The notes beneath the pieces were generated by a model. It was not told where the DNA came from and made no database searches. It was given only the letters and a program-made list of their open reading frames with translations. Positions 36,301 to 46,864 of a stretch of 64,000 nucleotides of DNA are shown here, piece after piece (position 1 is the stretch's first letter; each line of letters begins with the position of its first letter). Position numbers and translations under genes: made by a program. Source of the DNA: Chrysemys picta bellii (taxonomy: Eukaryota); contig NC_088807.1 of the NCBI RefSeq assembly GCF_011386835.1, forward strand, positions 23,436,001 to 23,500,000. The letters are read 5' to 3'.

Positions 36301-36978
36301 GTAACACAGAGGTTTATTAGATGACAGGGACATGGTCTAAAACAGCTTGTAGGTACAGCGGCGAACGGGACCCCTCCTCCGGGTCCATTCTGGGGCCCAG
36401 CGAGCCAGACACCCACGTCTGCCCTCACTCCTAGTCCCCAGGTAGCTCCAAACTGAAACCCCCTCCAGCCCCTCCTCTCGGGCCTTTGTCTCTTTCCCGG
36501 GCCAGGAGGTCACCTGATCTCTTTGTTCACCTTTAGCTATTTCCTTGCAGGGGGGAAGGGCCCCGGCCATTTGTTGCCAGGATACAGGGTGTCGGCCATT
36601 TATGCACACTGGAGACTTAAGAAATGCATAGGGGAAACTGAGGCACCCACACTGTATTCAGAGGAAACATTAAGAACAGTCCCACTTCGTCACATCCCCC
36701 TTCGGCCAGCCAGTCCCCGCCCTGGGGCCGGATGGGAGCCGGCGCCCCCCAGAGGGGAAAGGCCCCACCTCCCGCTTCCTCTTTTAACCCTTTCTCTCCT
36801 ACAGGGCTCCCAATTTGTGGAATGGGCCTCGGCCGGTAACCTGAAGCGGACCTGGGTGAGCCACGGGGCCCCCCGGCGGTGGGAGGACCCCGCCCAGGGG
36901 GCAGGTGAGGAGTTTCTGTACCAGGCCACCCAGTGTAAGAACATCTGGATCCCCATGGGGGAGATCTTTGCCAACTGA
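15370..36978 (+). CDS. ALDH16A1: Aldehyde dehydrogenase 16 family member A1, 17 exons, about 825 aa (apparent +1 frameshift in a G8 run in exon 8)
   Basis: Exons 15370-15462, 16915-17017, 17441-17567, 17823-18001, 18451-18528, 19001-19185, 19533-19685, 20521-20719, 21068-21166, 26082-26218, 27434-27539, 27622-27782, 30078-30245, 32423-32627, 32970-33155, 35883-36008, 36805-36978; GT-AG throughout. Motifs [77 protein letters not shown] match ALDH16. Confidence 0.95.
19700..20440 (+). repeat. ~85-bp minisatellite, about 9 copies, each with CCTCTAGGGGGCGC, ALDH16A1 intron 7
   Basis: Unit ggggcctgtcccctctagggggcgctggctcccatctggtccccagggcagggactggctggctcaggggggtggggaat. Confidence 0.92.
21176..25243 (-). 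mobile_element. Non-autonomous Gmr1-like Gypsy LTR retrotransposon with inverted LTRs, ALDH16A1 intron 9
   Basis: LTRs 21176-21654 (+) and 24766-25243 (-); 5-bp TSD GGGGC (21171-21175, 25244-25248); PBS 24746-24763 matching the tRNA-Leu 3' end; PPT 21672-21684; 900-aa gag-pro-partial int ORF. Confidence 0.92.
21738..24440 (-). CDS. Gypsy/Gmr1-like Gag-protease-truncated integrase polyprotein (900 aa)
   Basis: SCAN-like capsid ([13 protein letters not shown]...LLVLEQL), CCHC knuckle [14 protein letters not shown], protease [10 protein letters not shown], integrase zinc-binding region AHDIPLSGH...YWPG...CGSCDPCQ; no DDE core, RT or RNase H. Confidence 0.88.
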   Translation of the reverse strand: MASRKMYAKRLKSDLVELCKQRRLRIGRLTKEQLIAQLEAEDRANELIPVSQGSSLANAAQAPVSVPAGSGQPAAEGFPRPLLPMPRGRVGRSPANTEGAVTPPASRGSPRRSSPASRGSSRRRSASGERNWLEWEKELKLRELEDREQQRQHEERQHQREERQRQHEREENERQRQHDLELARLKGSEPPAAVSEGGPRTARSFDKCIMAPYKEGEDMDDFLEAFETACELHRVDPADRLRVLTPLLDPKSVALYRQLGEAEKGDYELFKKALLREFGLTPEMYRERFRSQDKTPEISYLQLAARMERYASKWAGGAQTKEDLIKLLVLEQLYERCPSDLRLWLVDRKPENPRHAGQLADEFVKSRSGGGREEPQRNRPAAMQRESHPGTSQRGNMGNPLPRGMPSVRDNRPARGDPRDLSCYYCGRRGHVRAQCPKLKDRLSRPNPHRVNLVEAQTDEGQASNARGAGSLSTAQEREGPQASFSGGPDAPDSKFSVYRVGAGLSLRSECLVPLEVDGKKVYGYWDTGAEVTLARPEVVAPDRVVPNTFLTLTGVGGTPFKVPVARVHLKWGAKEGPKDVGVHHHLPTEVLMGGDLEDWPSSPQTALVVTRSQSRRGALRPGLGGGALPEAQDPNLVGRERPGTRRREAAASDPAGEKEQVAIPVPAAEFQAELQRDPSLRKIRDLADLNAVQTMGRGGRKRFLWEKGFLYREWAPPGKMESGGIRRQLVVPQKYRRQLLCRAHDIPLSGHQGTWRTQQRLLRSFYWPGVFVTVRQYCGSCDPCQRGRKAWDKGKRALGPLPSIKDPFQRVAKVKRAALNQESPKHRPPDWSAGRRPQPSWNPRGMGVGKGHRPHKPSHMRTASAIKHPRPKGGRGTEGAWCNSHQGTGGMRGHPWERG
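25400..26045. repeat. Short-unit (~25-40 bp) minisatellite with CTCF-like motif, ALDH16A1 intron 9
   Basis: More than 10 copies of cagcccagcgccccctgctgtccc. Confidence 0.9.
27815..28075. repeat. ~55-bp minisatellite, ALDH16A1 intron 12
   Basis: Repeated tgggatgcggcccctctggggtggagcgcggggggctcgttatac. Confidence 0.8.
28867..29382 (+). mobile_element. Solo LTR, Gypsy family related to 21176-25243
   Basis: TGTGA...GTGACA termini, shared 3' end ctggctggctgagagtc...gtgcagggccctga, 5-bp TSD CTGCC. Confidence 0.85.
31313..32029. mobile_element. Non-autonomous hAT element with internal 41-bp GC-rich tandem repeat and 47-bp palindrome
   Basis: TIRs CAGGGCTGGCTTTAG / CTAAAGCCGGCCCTG; perfect 8-bp TSD GCCAGGAG. 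Confidence 0.88.
36042..36694 (-). mobile_element. Solo LTR (antisense), ALDH16A1 intron 16
   Basis: TGTCACGGAG...CTTCGTCACA termini, 5-bp TSD TCCCC. Confidence 0.85.
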
Positions 36979-37020
36979 AGCCGGGGGTCCCCACCCCGAA
37001 CCACGCAGCCCGAGGGCTCT

Positions 37021-37026
37021 AATAAA
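37021..37026 (+). terminator. ALDH16A1 polyadenylation signal
   Basis: AATAAA 42 nt after the stop codon. Confidence 0.75.
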
Positions 37027-37519
37027 AAGGCTTTGGTATTGTTTAACCCTGGTCCGTCTCCGGTTGCGGCCCGCGCGTCGCTGCCTGAGAAGGGAAACAG
37101 GCACGAGGCGGGGGACAGAGAACGAATGAGAGAGGGAGTCTTGGCTCCCAGCCCCCTGGTCTAACTGCTACACCCCACTCCCCTCCCAGACCTCAAGCCA
37201 CTAGAACTCAGGACTCCTGGGTTCTCTCCCCAGCTCTGGGAAAGGAGTGGGGTCTAGTGGGTGAGAGTGTGTGGGCGGGGTGTAAATCACTGCCCCCTCC
37301 CCCCCCCCGGAAGGGCTGGGCCTGATGCCACAACACTGAGCGCCCTGGGGAGGGGGCAGAAACCTTGGACGGAAGAATCAGCCCCCAGGGCTGGGATAGG
37401 GTAGTTATAAAGCTCGAATTTTATTGTCTGTCATAATAATCGTGGTTTGCCAACCCACCTGCGTCTTACAGGCTTGGCACATACCCAGGCCTCGTGCTTC
37501 TTCCCCGCTCCCCTCCCAG

Positions 37520-37855
37520 AGCGGGGAGAGAACCCAGGAGTCCTGGCGCCCAGCCCCCGGCCTAACCACTAGACCCCACTCCCCTCCCAGAGGGGGAGAG
37601 AACCCAGGAGTCCTGGCTCCCAGCCCCCCTGCTCTAACCACTAGACTCCACTCCCCTCCCAGAGCGGGGAGAAAACCCAGGAGTCCTGGCTCCCTGCCCC
37701 CTGCTCTAACCACTAGACCCCACTCCCCTCCCAGAGGGGGAGAGAACCCAGGAGTCCTGGCTCCCAGCCCCCCCTGCTCTAACCACTAGACCCCACTCCC
37801 CTCCCAGAGCAGGGAGAGAACCCAGGAGTCCTGGCTCCCAGCCCCCGGCTCTAAG
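37520..37855. repeat. SINE-head-derived tandem array
   Basis: Same unit as 6555-7230; further arrays near 45075-45330, 48345-48515 and elsewhere. Confidence 0.75.
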
Positions 37856-38041
37856 TGGGCTACAGTCTAGACCAGGGGTGGCCAACCTGAGCCGGAGAAG
37901 GAGCCAGAATTTACCATTGTATATTGCCAAAGAGCCACAGTGATACGGCAGCCGCCCCCCATCAGCTCCCCCCCCCCGGCTCCTCGCCAAGTCCTGGCGG
38001 GTGGATCCCACTGGCAGCCTGTGGCCACCGGCTGAGCTCTT

Positions 38042-39091
38042 CTAGCCAGTCGTACCACTGCGCAGCGGGGAGAGATCGGCGTCAATCCCGATCCACTCAG
38101 GGAGGAAGGCGGCCTCAGGTTTGAAGATCTTGAGGAAGGGGGAGTCGGGGAGGGTGTAGTTGGCCAAGTAGATGGTCTCCCCCCCAGCCAGGTAACCGGC
38201 CCAGATGCCGAAGGTCCCGATGGTCATGATCGTGTGGTTGCAATGGACCAAGAGAGCAAAGTCCCTCCCCGGCGACGACTCCTTCCCGTCCCCCGAGAAA
38301 TACACGTCCCCCCGCGAGGCGTTGATGTTCTCCCGGCACCACTCCATCCCGTTGCTGGTCACCACAAAGACCGGCTCCTGGTACTTGGCCCGGAAGTAGC
38401 CCATGGCCTTCTCCAGGTAGGCCTGGTCCGCCAGCACCCCCTTCCAGTGCTCGGCCATCTCCTGGATGTAATCCCCCCTCCGGACGTGGACGCCCACGTA
38501 GGTCACGTTCCGGCGCTGCCCACGCAACCCGGCCAGGTACCGGTTGGCCTCCTCCTTGACGTGGTCGTGGAAGGAGAATTCCTGGAGGATCTCCTGCCGG
38601 AGGTGGTGGTAGAAGGTCCAGGAGCAGGGGTAGCCCGTCAGCCGGACGTATTTCCCCTCGATGTGCCCGTACTCCTCCGACATCCAGTCTTGGAGCTCAT
38701 AGTCCTTCCACGGGACGCTCCGGACCATGTCGCCGGGGACCACGGGCAGGGTGATGCGGAAGAGCGGCGCCAGCTGCCAGTGCATCTCCGGGAGGATGTA
38801 GGCCTGGCGCCCGTTCATCTTGGCCAGGGCGTAGAGGGTGGCGTATTCCCCCATCTGGTTCCCCAGGCGCCCGGCGGAGTTCACGGTCCACATGCCCCGC
38901 TCTGTTGGGGGGGTTGTGGCGGGAGGCGTGGCTGGGGACCCCTTCATTGTATTCGGGGAGGGGAGCCTCTGCCATGCGGAGGGGAACCGGCTGTTTACGT
39001 GGATGAGGAAGGAGAAGGTCATGATGGCCAGCAGGCAGACGGTCACCTTGAGGAGCGTCCGGAAGGGGACCCAGGAGCCCGGGGCAGTCAT
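38042..39091 (-). CDS. FUT2: Galactoside alpha-1,2-fucosyltransferase (GT11), FUT2/SEC1-like, copy 1 (349 aa)
   Basis: Single-exon ORF with type II TM N-terminus; [68 protein letters not shown]. The symbol denotes closest similarity, not proven 1:1 orthology. Confidence 0.93.
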   Translation of the reverse strand: MTAPGSWVPFRTLLKVTVCLLAIMTFSFLIHVNSRFPSAWQRLPSPNTMKGSPATPPATTPPTERGMWTVNSAGRLGNQMGEYATLYALAKMNGRQAYILPEMHWQLAPLFRITLPVVPGDMVRSVPWKDYELQDWMSEEYGHIEGKYVRLTGYPCSWTFYHHLRQEILQEFSFHDHVKEEANRYLAGLRGQRRNVTYVGVHVRRGDYIQEMAEHWKGVLADQAYLEKAMGYFRAKYQEPVFVVTSNGMEWCRENINASRGDVYFSGDGKESSPGRDFALLVHCNHTIMTIGTFGIWAGYLAGGETIYLANYTLPDSPFLKIFKPEAAFLPEWIGIDADLSPLRSGTTG

Positions 39092-41740
39092 GGCTCCCAG
39101 CGATGATGAGGGAAGGAGATCCCAGCCTGGGGGAGGGGCGTGAATAGAAGGGAAAGTGTGGGGGGGGAACAGGGGAGGGAGGAAAGGGGGGGGATGGATA
39201 GGCGGGTGGTTAGAGGAGAAGGGGGAGGGGCTCTTCCTGGCCCAGGTACCTCTGTTCCCAAAAGGCCTCCGGCTGCCAGCAGAGCCCCGCCCCTGAGCTG
39301 CCCCGCCCCCACGCCAGCCGAGGGGCCGGTGACCCCAGCTCCAGCAGGACGCGTGTTGTTGGGGGGAGCAGAGCCACTGCTTGATCCCGGATCGGTCCCT
39401 TCAGCTACAACCCAACCCAGGGGCAGGCGAGAACAGTCAGAGCAACAGTGTTTTCACCCCCTCCCCCCCGCCAGCTCTGCTGGTGCCCCTCCGGCCTGAT
39501 CCGCAGCCCCCCCTGCTGAGAGAGAACCCAGGAGTCCTGGCTCCCGGCCCCCCCTGCTCTAACCACTAGACCCCACTCCCTTCCCAGAGCCAGGGAGAGA
39601 ACCCAGGAGTCCTGGTGAGCTGTGGTGGGGAAGTGGGGGTCAATGGGGCAGAAGGGGGCTGTCATGGTCACAGAGCACACTGACTGCCCAGGGGAGGGTG
39701 CCCCCTACCGAGCCCCCTGCCCCACTCCTTACAACCCAGAGCCCCCTGGGACCGGGTGGGGGGGGGGGACGACAACAACGTCCTCTGGTTACCTAGAATC
39801 GCTGAGTTTTACCCCTTGGCCCCCGCCCAGAAACTCAGCAGTTGGGGGGGGGCTCAGCCGGTACCCACAGGGTATCAGACTGGGGGAGGGGCACAGAGAG
39901 ATGTGGCGTGGGGGGAATGGAAGGGTGGGGGGAGGGGATGGAGGGGGAAGGGAAATGGGGGAGGGGATGCAGGGAGGGTGGAGATGGAGGGGGAGGTGAG
40001 GAGGAAATGGGGGAGGGGACGCAGGGAGGGGGAAATGGAGGCAGAAGAGGAGGGAGGAAGTAGTCCCCAGCAGAGGAGTGCGGCGCAGGGTGGGAGGTTT
40101 CCGAGCTGACAGGCAGGACAGGAGCGAAGCCGGGTTGGGCCGGGCCGGGCCGGGGAGTCTGGGGTCCGAAGGGATCTGGGGGCCGAGCTGGGGTGACGCC
40201 CCCCTGCCCTCTCCCCTGGGCCTGCGGCCAACGTCCCAGCCCTGGGTCTCTGGGCCCAGCTGCACCAGGCCTGTCGCCACCCCCGGACGGACGGTTTGGG
40301 GAAGTCGAGCCAGGCCAGCGTCAGCACCCCACGCCCCGGTCCCACAGCACTCAGAGCAGGGGGGGATGGGAGCCAGGACTCCTGGGTTCTCACCCCGGCT
40401 CTGGCAATGGAGCATCTCCCCAACTCCCCTTCAAAGCTGCCGGGCTCCAACCCTCCTCCCCCAGCTCTCGGGGCCCCGTCCCCACCCTCCCCCTGCCCCC
40501 GTCTCTGTTCCCCGGGTCAGGTCGCCCGCTGCCGTGCGAGCGAGCTGCTCTGCAGGGGTGACATCCTGCCACAGTTTCCTGAACCAGCGCCCGGGCCGGA
40601 GCTCGACGTGAGGAAGTGTCACCGCCGGTAGGGGAGGCGTTACTCACCCCCATTCGCCCGGGGGGGTGTTTCTTGATGCTTTTCGCAGCCCCGCTCAGCG
40701 CAGACAGGGGGCGTCCCTCGTCCCAACCTGCTCCTGGCACTTCCAGGTCCCCCGACCCTGAGTCGCACACGTGGCGACGCCCGGCTGACGCGTTTCCTGT
40801 CTACAGCTGGCTTCCTCCGCCGGCTCCGGCGCGCCGGCTGCAGCCATTGGCCTCTCTCGGGCAAGTGGAGCTGGGATGTCTCTGGCCGTAAAGAAGGGAC
40901 CAAAAGATGCCTCGTTATCTCTGGGCTCGCGCCGCTTCACGGCCGGGGTTCGGGCCCCAGGTCCTGCCCCGGGCCCAGAGCTCCAGACTGGCTAGCACTG
41001 CTGGCAGGGCTGGCCCCTGGGGGCGCTGGGCTGCGCGGAGCGGGGGGCTCAGCAGGGGGCGCTCTCCCCTGGGCACCAGAGCTGGGCTTTAGCGACTGGG
41101 GTGGGGGCAGGTCCTGTCCCTCTGACCCCATGACCTGAGCTGCCTGGTTCTCAACTCTCTCTGACCACAGGCCTCTCTCTGCCCCTACCTGGTGCTTACA
41201 AAGGGTCAGAGAAAACAGAAAACCAGGAATGACAGATCGGATTTGTCTAAGGGTTCGTCTACAGAACGAAATTAATTCCAACTTATTCGATTCGAATTTT
41301 CGGAAGAGATTTGATACATTCGGGGTTGTGTCCCCCCCCACTAAAGCGCGTGAATTCGGCGGAGTGAGTCCACAGCACCGAGGCTAGCATCGAAGGGCGG
41401 AGCGGTGCAGTGTGGGAAGCTATCCCACCGTTCCCGCAGTCCCCGCCGCCCATTGGAATTCTGGGTTAAGCTCCCGGTGCTTGATGGGGCAAAAACATTC
41501 TCGCGGGTGTTTCTGGGTGTGTGTCGTCACTCGCTCTTCCCTCCATGAAAGCTACAGCAGACGCCAGGTGCTACCGCCTGTCTCCTGGTACTAAGAAAGA
41601 CGGGAGGACCTGCGAGGTGGATTCACTCTACTCTTTTATCTAACCATTTCCCACCTTTTCTCGGCTACCGTGAACCGAACAGCACAGCTTCCGCCGCAAA
41701 CTCTGCTCTCCCGCTCTTGCATCGCTAGCTAATTTCTCCA

Positions 41741-42239
41741 TGTTGGAAGAGAGGAGTCTAAGGGGGGATATGATAGAGGTCTATAAAATCATGAGTGATG
41801 TAGAGAAAGTGAATAAGGAAAAGTTATTTACTTGTTCCCATAATACAAGAATTAGGGGCCACCAAATGAAATTAATGGGCAGCAGGTTTAAAACAAATAA
41901 AAGGAAGTTCTTCTTCACACAGCACCCATTTAACCTGTGGAACTCCTTGCCTGAGGAGGTTGTGAAGGCTAGGACTATAACAGCGTTTAAAAGAGAACTG
42001 GATAAATTCACGGAGGTTAAGTCCGTTAATGGCTATTAGCCAGGCTGGGTAAGGAATGGTGTCCCTAGCCTCTGTTTGTCAGAGGGTGGAGATGGATGGC
42101 AGGAGAGAGATCACTTGATCATTGCCTGTTGGGTTCATTCCCTGTGGGACACCTGGCATTGGCCACTGTTGGTAGACAGGACACTGGGCTAGATGGACTT
42201 TTGGTCTGACCCGGTATGGCCGTTCTTATGTTCTTATGT
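41741..42239 (+). mobile_element. CR1 LINE 3' fragment nested in the Harbinger element
   Basis: LEERSLRGDMIEVYKIM...FFTQHPFNLWNSLPEEVVKA; ends (ttcttatg)2. Confidence 0.85.
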
Positions 42240-43354
42240 TGTCTGTCCTGGGCTCCCGTGGAAGTTACAGAAGGCAACAATTCCCCGCCGTTTTTCAGCC
42301 ATTGTGAACTGAGCCGCACAGCTTCCGCCGCAAACTCTGCTCTCCCGCTCTTGCAGCTCTAGCGAGCTTCCTGCCTCCGTGAAAGCTACAGAAGACAACC
42401 ATTTCCCGTCTTTTATCGGCCATCTTGAACCGAACAGCTCTCCTCCGTTTCACGCCCTTTTTCCAGGATTAGCCATGCAGGGGCCATAGCGCGGCAAGCA
42501 TGGAGCCCGCTGCAGTTTTGACCATTGTAAATACCTCGCGCGTTATCCAGCAGTATGTGCAGTACCTGCAAAACCGAGCGAGGAAGCGACGACAGCGCGA
42601 TGACTATACTGATGAGGACATGGACACAGACGTTCCTAGAAGCACGGCATGTGGCAACTGGGAGATCATGGTGTTAATGGGGCAGGTTCATGCCGTGGAA
42701 CGCCGATTCTCAGCCCGGGAAACAAGCACAGACTGGTGGGACCGCATAGTGTGGCAGGTCTGGGATGATTCCCAGTGGCTGCGAAACTTTCGTAGGGCCA
42801 CTTTCATGTAACTTTGTGACTTGCTGTCCCCTGCCCTGAAGCACAAAGACACCAAAATGAGAGCAGCCCTCACAGTTGAGAAGCGAGTGGCCATAGCCCT
42901 GTGGAAGCTTGCAACGCCCGACAGTTACGGGTCAGTCGGGAATCAGTTTGGAGTGGGCAAATCTACTGTAGGGACTGCTGTGATCCAGGTAGCCAACGCA
43001 ATCACTGAGGTGCTGTTATCCAGGGTAGGGACTCTGGGAAAGGTGCGGTCCATTGTGGATGGCTTTAATGCGCTGGGGTTCCCTAACTGCGGCGGGGTGA
43101 TAGACGGAACGCATATCCCTATCTTGGCCCCAGCACACCGGGGCGGCCAGTACGTAAACCACAAGAGGTACTTTTCCATGGTGCTGCAAGCACTGTTGGA
43201 TCACAAGGGACGTTTCGCCGACATCAACGTGGGATAGCCGGGAAAGGTGCATGATGCTCGCATCTTCAGGAACTCTGGTCTGTTTGAACAGCTGCAGGAA
43301 AGGACTTACTTCCCAGAACAGAAAATTACTGTTGGGGATGTTGAAATGCCTATA

Positions 43355-43519
43355 AAAAGAACCGGAGTACTTGTGGCACCTTGTAATTTTCCACTACATG
43401 CATCCGATGAAGTAGGCTGTAGCCCACGAAAGCTTATGCTCAAATAAATTTGTTAGTCTCTAACCTGCCACAAGTACTCCTGTTCTTTTTGCGGATACAG
43501 ACTAACACAGCTGCTACTC
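43355..43519. mobile_element. Penelope-like element tail with internal inverted repeat and minimal hammerhead-like motif
   Basis: Interrupts the transposase; flanked by 13-bp direct repeat TGAAATGCCTATA; inverted arms 43355-43378 and 43466-43489. Confidence 0.65.
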
Positions 43520-43802
43520 TGAAATGCCTATAGTTATCCTTGGGGACCCAGCTTACCCCTTAATGCCATGGCTCATGACGCCATACACAGACATCCTGGA
43601 CAGTAGTAAGGAGCAGTTCAACTATAGGCTGAGCAAATGCAGAATGGTGGTTGAATGTGCTTTTGGACGTTTGAAAGCGCGCTGGCGCAGTTTACTGACT
43701 CGGTTGGATCTCAGCACAACCAATATTCCAATTGTAATTGCTGCTTGTTGTGTGCTCCACAATATCTGTGAGAGTAACGGGGAGACGTTTATGGCTGGGT
43801 GA

Positions 43803-44880
43803 CCTGGTTTAGAGGGGAAGTGGAGGCAGCTATAAAAAAGAACAAATTGAAAGTGAGGGGAAATTGATAGTAACGAAAATCAATCAGAAGCGAAGAATTG
43901 TAGAAAACTGATAAGGGAAGCTACCGGACACAAGGAGAACTGTATGGCTACCAGACTTAAGGACAATAAGGAGCTTTTTAAAGTATCTTAGGAACAAAAA
44001 GAACCCTTCCAATGGTGTTGGTCCATTACTAGATGGAAATGGCAGAACTATCACTAAAAATGAAGAAAGGCAATAATATTTCTGTTCTGTATCTGGGGGG
44101 AAAAGCAGCTGATGCAGTCTCATCAGATGGTGATGCCGTCATGGACTCACCGCTCGTGCCCACTCTTGGCCCCGTGCGGTCCATGGGGGGGTGCCCCTTT
44201 CAGTGAGACAGCCCTTCTCGGGGGTCCACTCTCTCCCGGGGTCAGGCCCCTCCACCTCCTGGAGCCGCACCTCTCTGAGCCTTAGCACGTCTGTCTCTGC
44301 CGTGGGCCCCCTCAGGGAGTCCACTCGCTCTGGACCCCCAGGGCCTCCATCCCCCTGAAGGAGACAATACGCACACACACACACACACACCCTGTTCTTT
44401 AGACCGGAGCAACTCTCAGCCAGCGTAAAACAGGAGGATTTATTGAGCATTGAACACAGCACAGGAAACTCTCAGGGCCTCAGGCCTGGCCTCCCTCAGC
44501 CCAGCACATCCCAGTCTCCCTGCATTCAGGTGGGCTCCGCCTACTCCCCCTCTCCAGCCCAGAGCCCCCCTGCTTCCCAGCTGGGCATCTGATACCCCCG
44601 GCCCCAAGCCCCGCCTCTGTCCATTGTCTTCTCTCCACGTAACCAGGGTTGCCTGGGCCTCCTCTCTCCTCTTCCGTCCTCTGGCCCCTCTGGCTGGAAC
44701 CGGCTGGTCAGGTCACCGGGGTCCTCTCTCTGCAGCCCATTGTCCTCCCACTGGCCAGAACCGGCTGCAACTCCTGAGCTGGGTCTCCGGGTCGTCAGGT
44801 CACCAGTCGTTACTCGTTAAACCAGTAACACCCAGGGACACTGAGTCCCACCCCCTCGGCGTGCAAACCATTGGAAAAGC
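43803..44880. mobile_element. Old CR1 ORF2 fragment plus LTR, duplicated at 50195-51376
   Basis: Near-identical blocks gacctggtttag...catcagatggtgat followed by cgtca(c/t)ggactcac LTR in both FUT units. Confidence 0.65.
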
Positions 44881-45344
44881 TCTGAGCACCTCCCGGCACA
44901 TTGGAAAGTTGGCGCCTGTCGCCCCAGCCCTGGAGTCGGTGTCTAGACAAGGAGCCGCCTATTAACCTCTGAAGAGCTGCAGGTGGCTCCGGAGCCCCGG
45001 TCTGGACCAATCTTGTACATACTTGGTGCTTTAGAAGGGCCAATTTCACAAAGCTGCAGAGAATGATGAACCTCTGCTCTAACCACTAGACCCCACTTCG
45101 CTCCCAGAGCCGGGGATAAAGCCAGGAGTCCTGGCTCCCAGCCCCCCCCCCCCCCCCGCTCTAACCACTAGACCCCACTCCGCTCCCAGAGCCGGGGATA
45201 AAGCCAGGAGTCCTGGCTCCCAGCCCCCCCCGCTCTAACCACTAGACCCCACTCCGCTCCCAGAGCCGGGGATAAAGCCAGGAGTCCTGGCTCCCAGCCC
45301 TCCCCGCTCTAACCACTAGATCCCACTTCCATCCGCTCTAACCT

Positions 45345-46180
45345 CCCAGACCCGGTGACACCACACTCCGTATTCTTCATAGAACGTGTGTAACAATATA
45401 ATTATAGCATCACTGTGACCTATTTTGTGCAAGACGAGGCATGTGAGGTATCAATAGAAAGGTGACGATTGGCTGAATGTGATTATGGTATTGGTGTGAA
45501 CGTACCAGGCCTGAACATCAGGAATATCGACGCTGGACCAATGACCAGTGGGTTTCCCCCGGGGAACGCCCAGCAGACAGCAGCCATCAGTCCGGCTGGG
45601 CCGTTGGGAAGAACAATACGTCCTTGAAGATGCTCCTCTCCCACCTGCCTGGGATGGGACAAAGCGTCTCTGTCTCCTGGCTGCTTTGATCACGTGATCC
45701 CGGCCCCTGGTTCCGGACTCCATGATGGAATACCAGGAGGGGCGGGGGACGACACTGGAAAAAAGGATTCCCCCCCCACACACCCCATGTGTCAATCCTA
45801 TGTAAGGCAGGGGAGTGAGTTAATCTTGGTTCATTCGTCACTGAATCCCCACCCAGGCTGACTGCTGAGAACATCTAAGAAACAAAGACCAAGGTGGAGC
45901 GGAGGTCTGAGCCCAGGCTGGGAAAGGTGTCGGGCCTGTGACAGGAATACCTGGAGTTTTAAGCTGCAAGGAAGAGCAGTTTGCCTTCAAGAACCTCTGC
46001 AATCTGTCGAAGGCAACATTTCGGGGGAGAAATTCCTGCTTGTAACAATTTCTTCAGTTCTGTTTCTGTGTTGGTTTTATTTGCTACGTGATCTGCTTCC
46101 CTCTGTTGGCCAACCCTTATCATCACTTAAAATCTATCCTGTGTCGTTAATACGCTTGTTTTTGCTTTTCCCTAAAACCA
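45345..46180. mobile_element. LTR-like element; related sequence near 52370-53760
   Basis: Shared AT-rich head (tattttgtgcaag...gaggtatc) and tail; similarity judged by eye. Confidence 0.45.
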
Positions 46181-46864
46181 GCTTATGGAATTCATAAGTG
46201 GGGTGTGTGTGTGTGTGGGGGGCGAAACGCTGTGCAGATCTTCCTCCCCATTGCGGGAGGGGGCGAATTTCAGGAGCTTGCGCTGTGCAGGCCTCCGTGC
46301 AACACAATTTGGGGTTTGCACCCCAGAGCGGGTGAGCACTGGAGTGCTGGGCTATTCCCTAGCTGAAGCCTTCCCACGCAGAGCTGATCCCCGTGTCTGT
46401 CTTTCTGCGGCTGGGCGTGTCCCTACCTGCGTGGGCTGGAGGAGGCTTGAGGGCCTGGCTTAGCAGGACAGGGTGAGGGAGCCCAGGCTGGTGGAACAGG
46501 CGGGCTCAGTGGTACCCCAGTACATCACGTGGCACCCCGCAGTGGGGGAGGCGACTCGTCACAGACCCCACTCACCTCCCGGAGCTGGACGCGAACCCAG
46601 GAGTCCTGGCTCCCAGCCCCCACTCCCCTCCGCTCTAACCATTCAACAGACGGAGACGGTCCATCACTCTGGAGACTCCTATGAGAAGTTGTCCGATGTA
46701 GGTCATTGGCTGCTCCGTGTGGGGCTCTGAATCCCGCCAGCCCAGCTCCAATCGCCCCCGATCTCCCCAGCGCAGCCCGCACCAGCCGAGGGGCCCAGGT
46801 GCCCAGTCCTCAGCCGACCAGCCAGGTCCTGGTGAGTGGATCCCACTGGCAGCCTGTGGCTGAT

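Larger units (their letters stand above)
41251..43800 (+). mobile_element. Decayed PIF/Harbinger transposon (HARBI1-type DDE transposase pseudogene, about 42500-43800), right end missing
   Basis: Starts after TAA with gggttcgtctac; fragments IALWKLATPDSY, FPNCGGVIDGTHIPI, HDARIFRNS, ILGDPAYPLMPWLMTPY, RMVVECAFGRLKARW, ACCVLHNICE interrupted by stops and insertions. Confidence 0.88.

Noticed and set aside
42500-43802. Possible domesticated HARBI1 gene
   Set aside because: Multiple stops, a Penelope-like insertion and a transposon terminus: decayed element.
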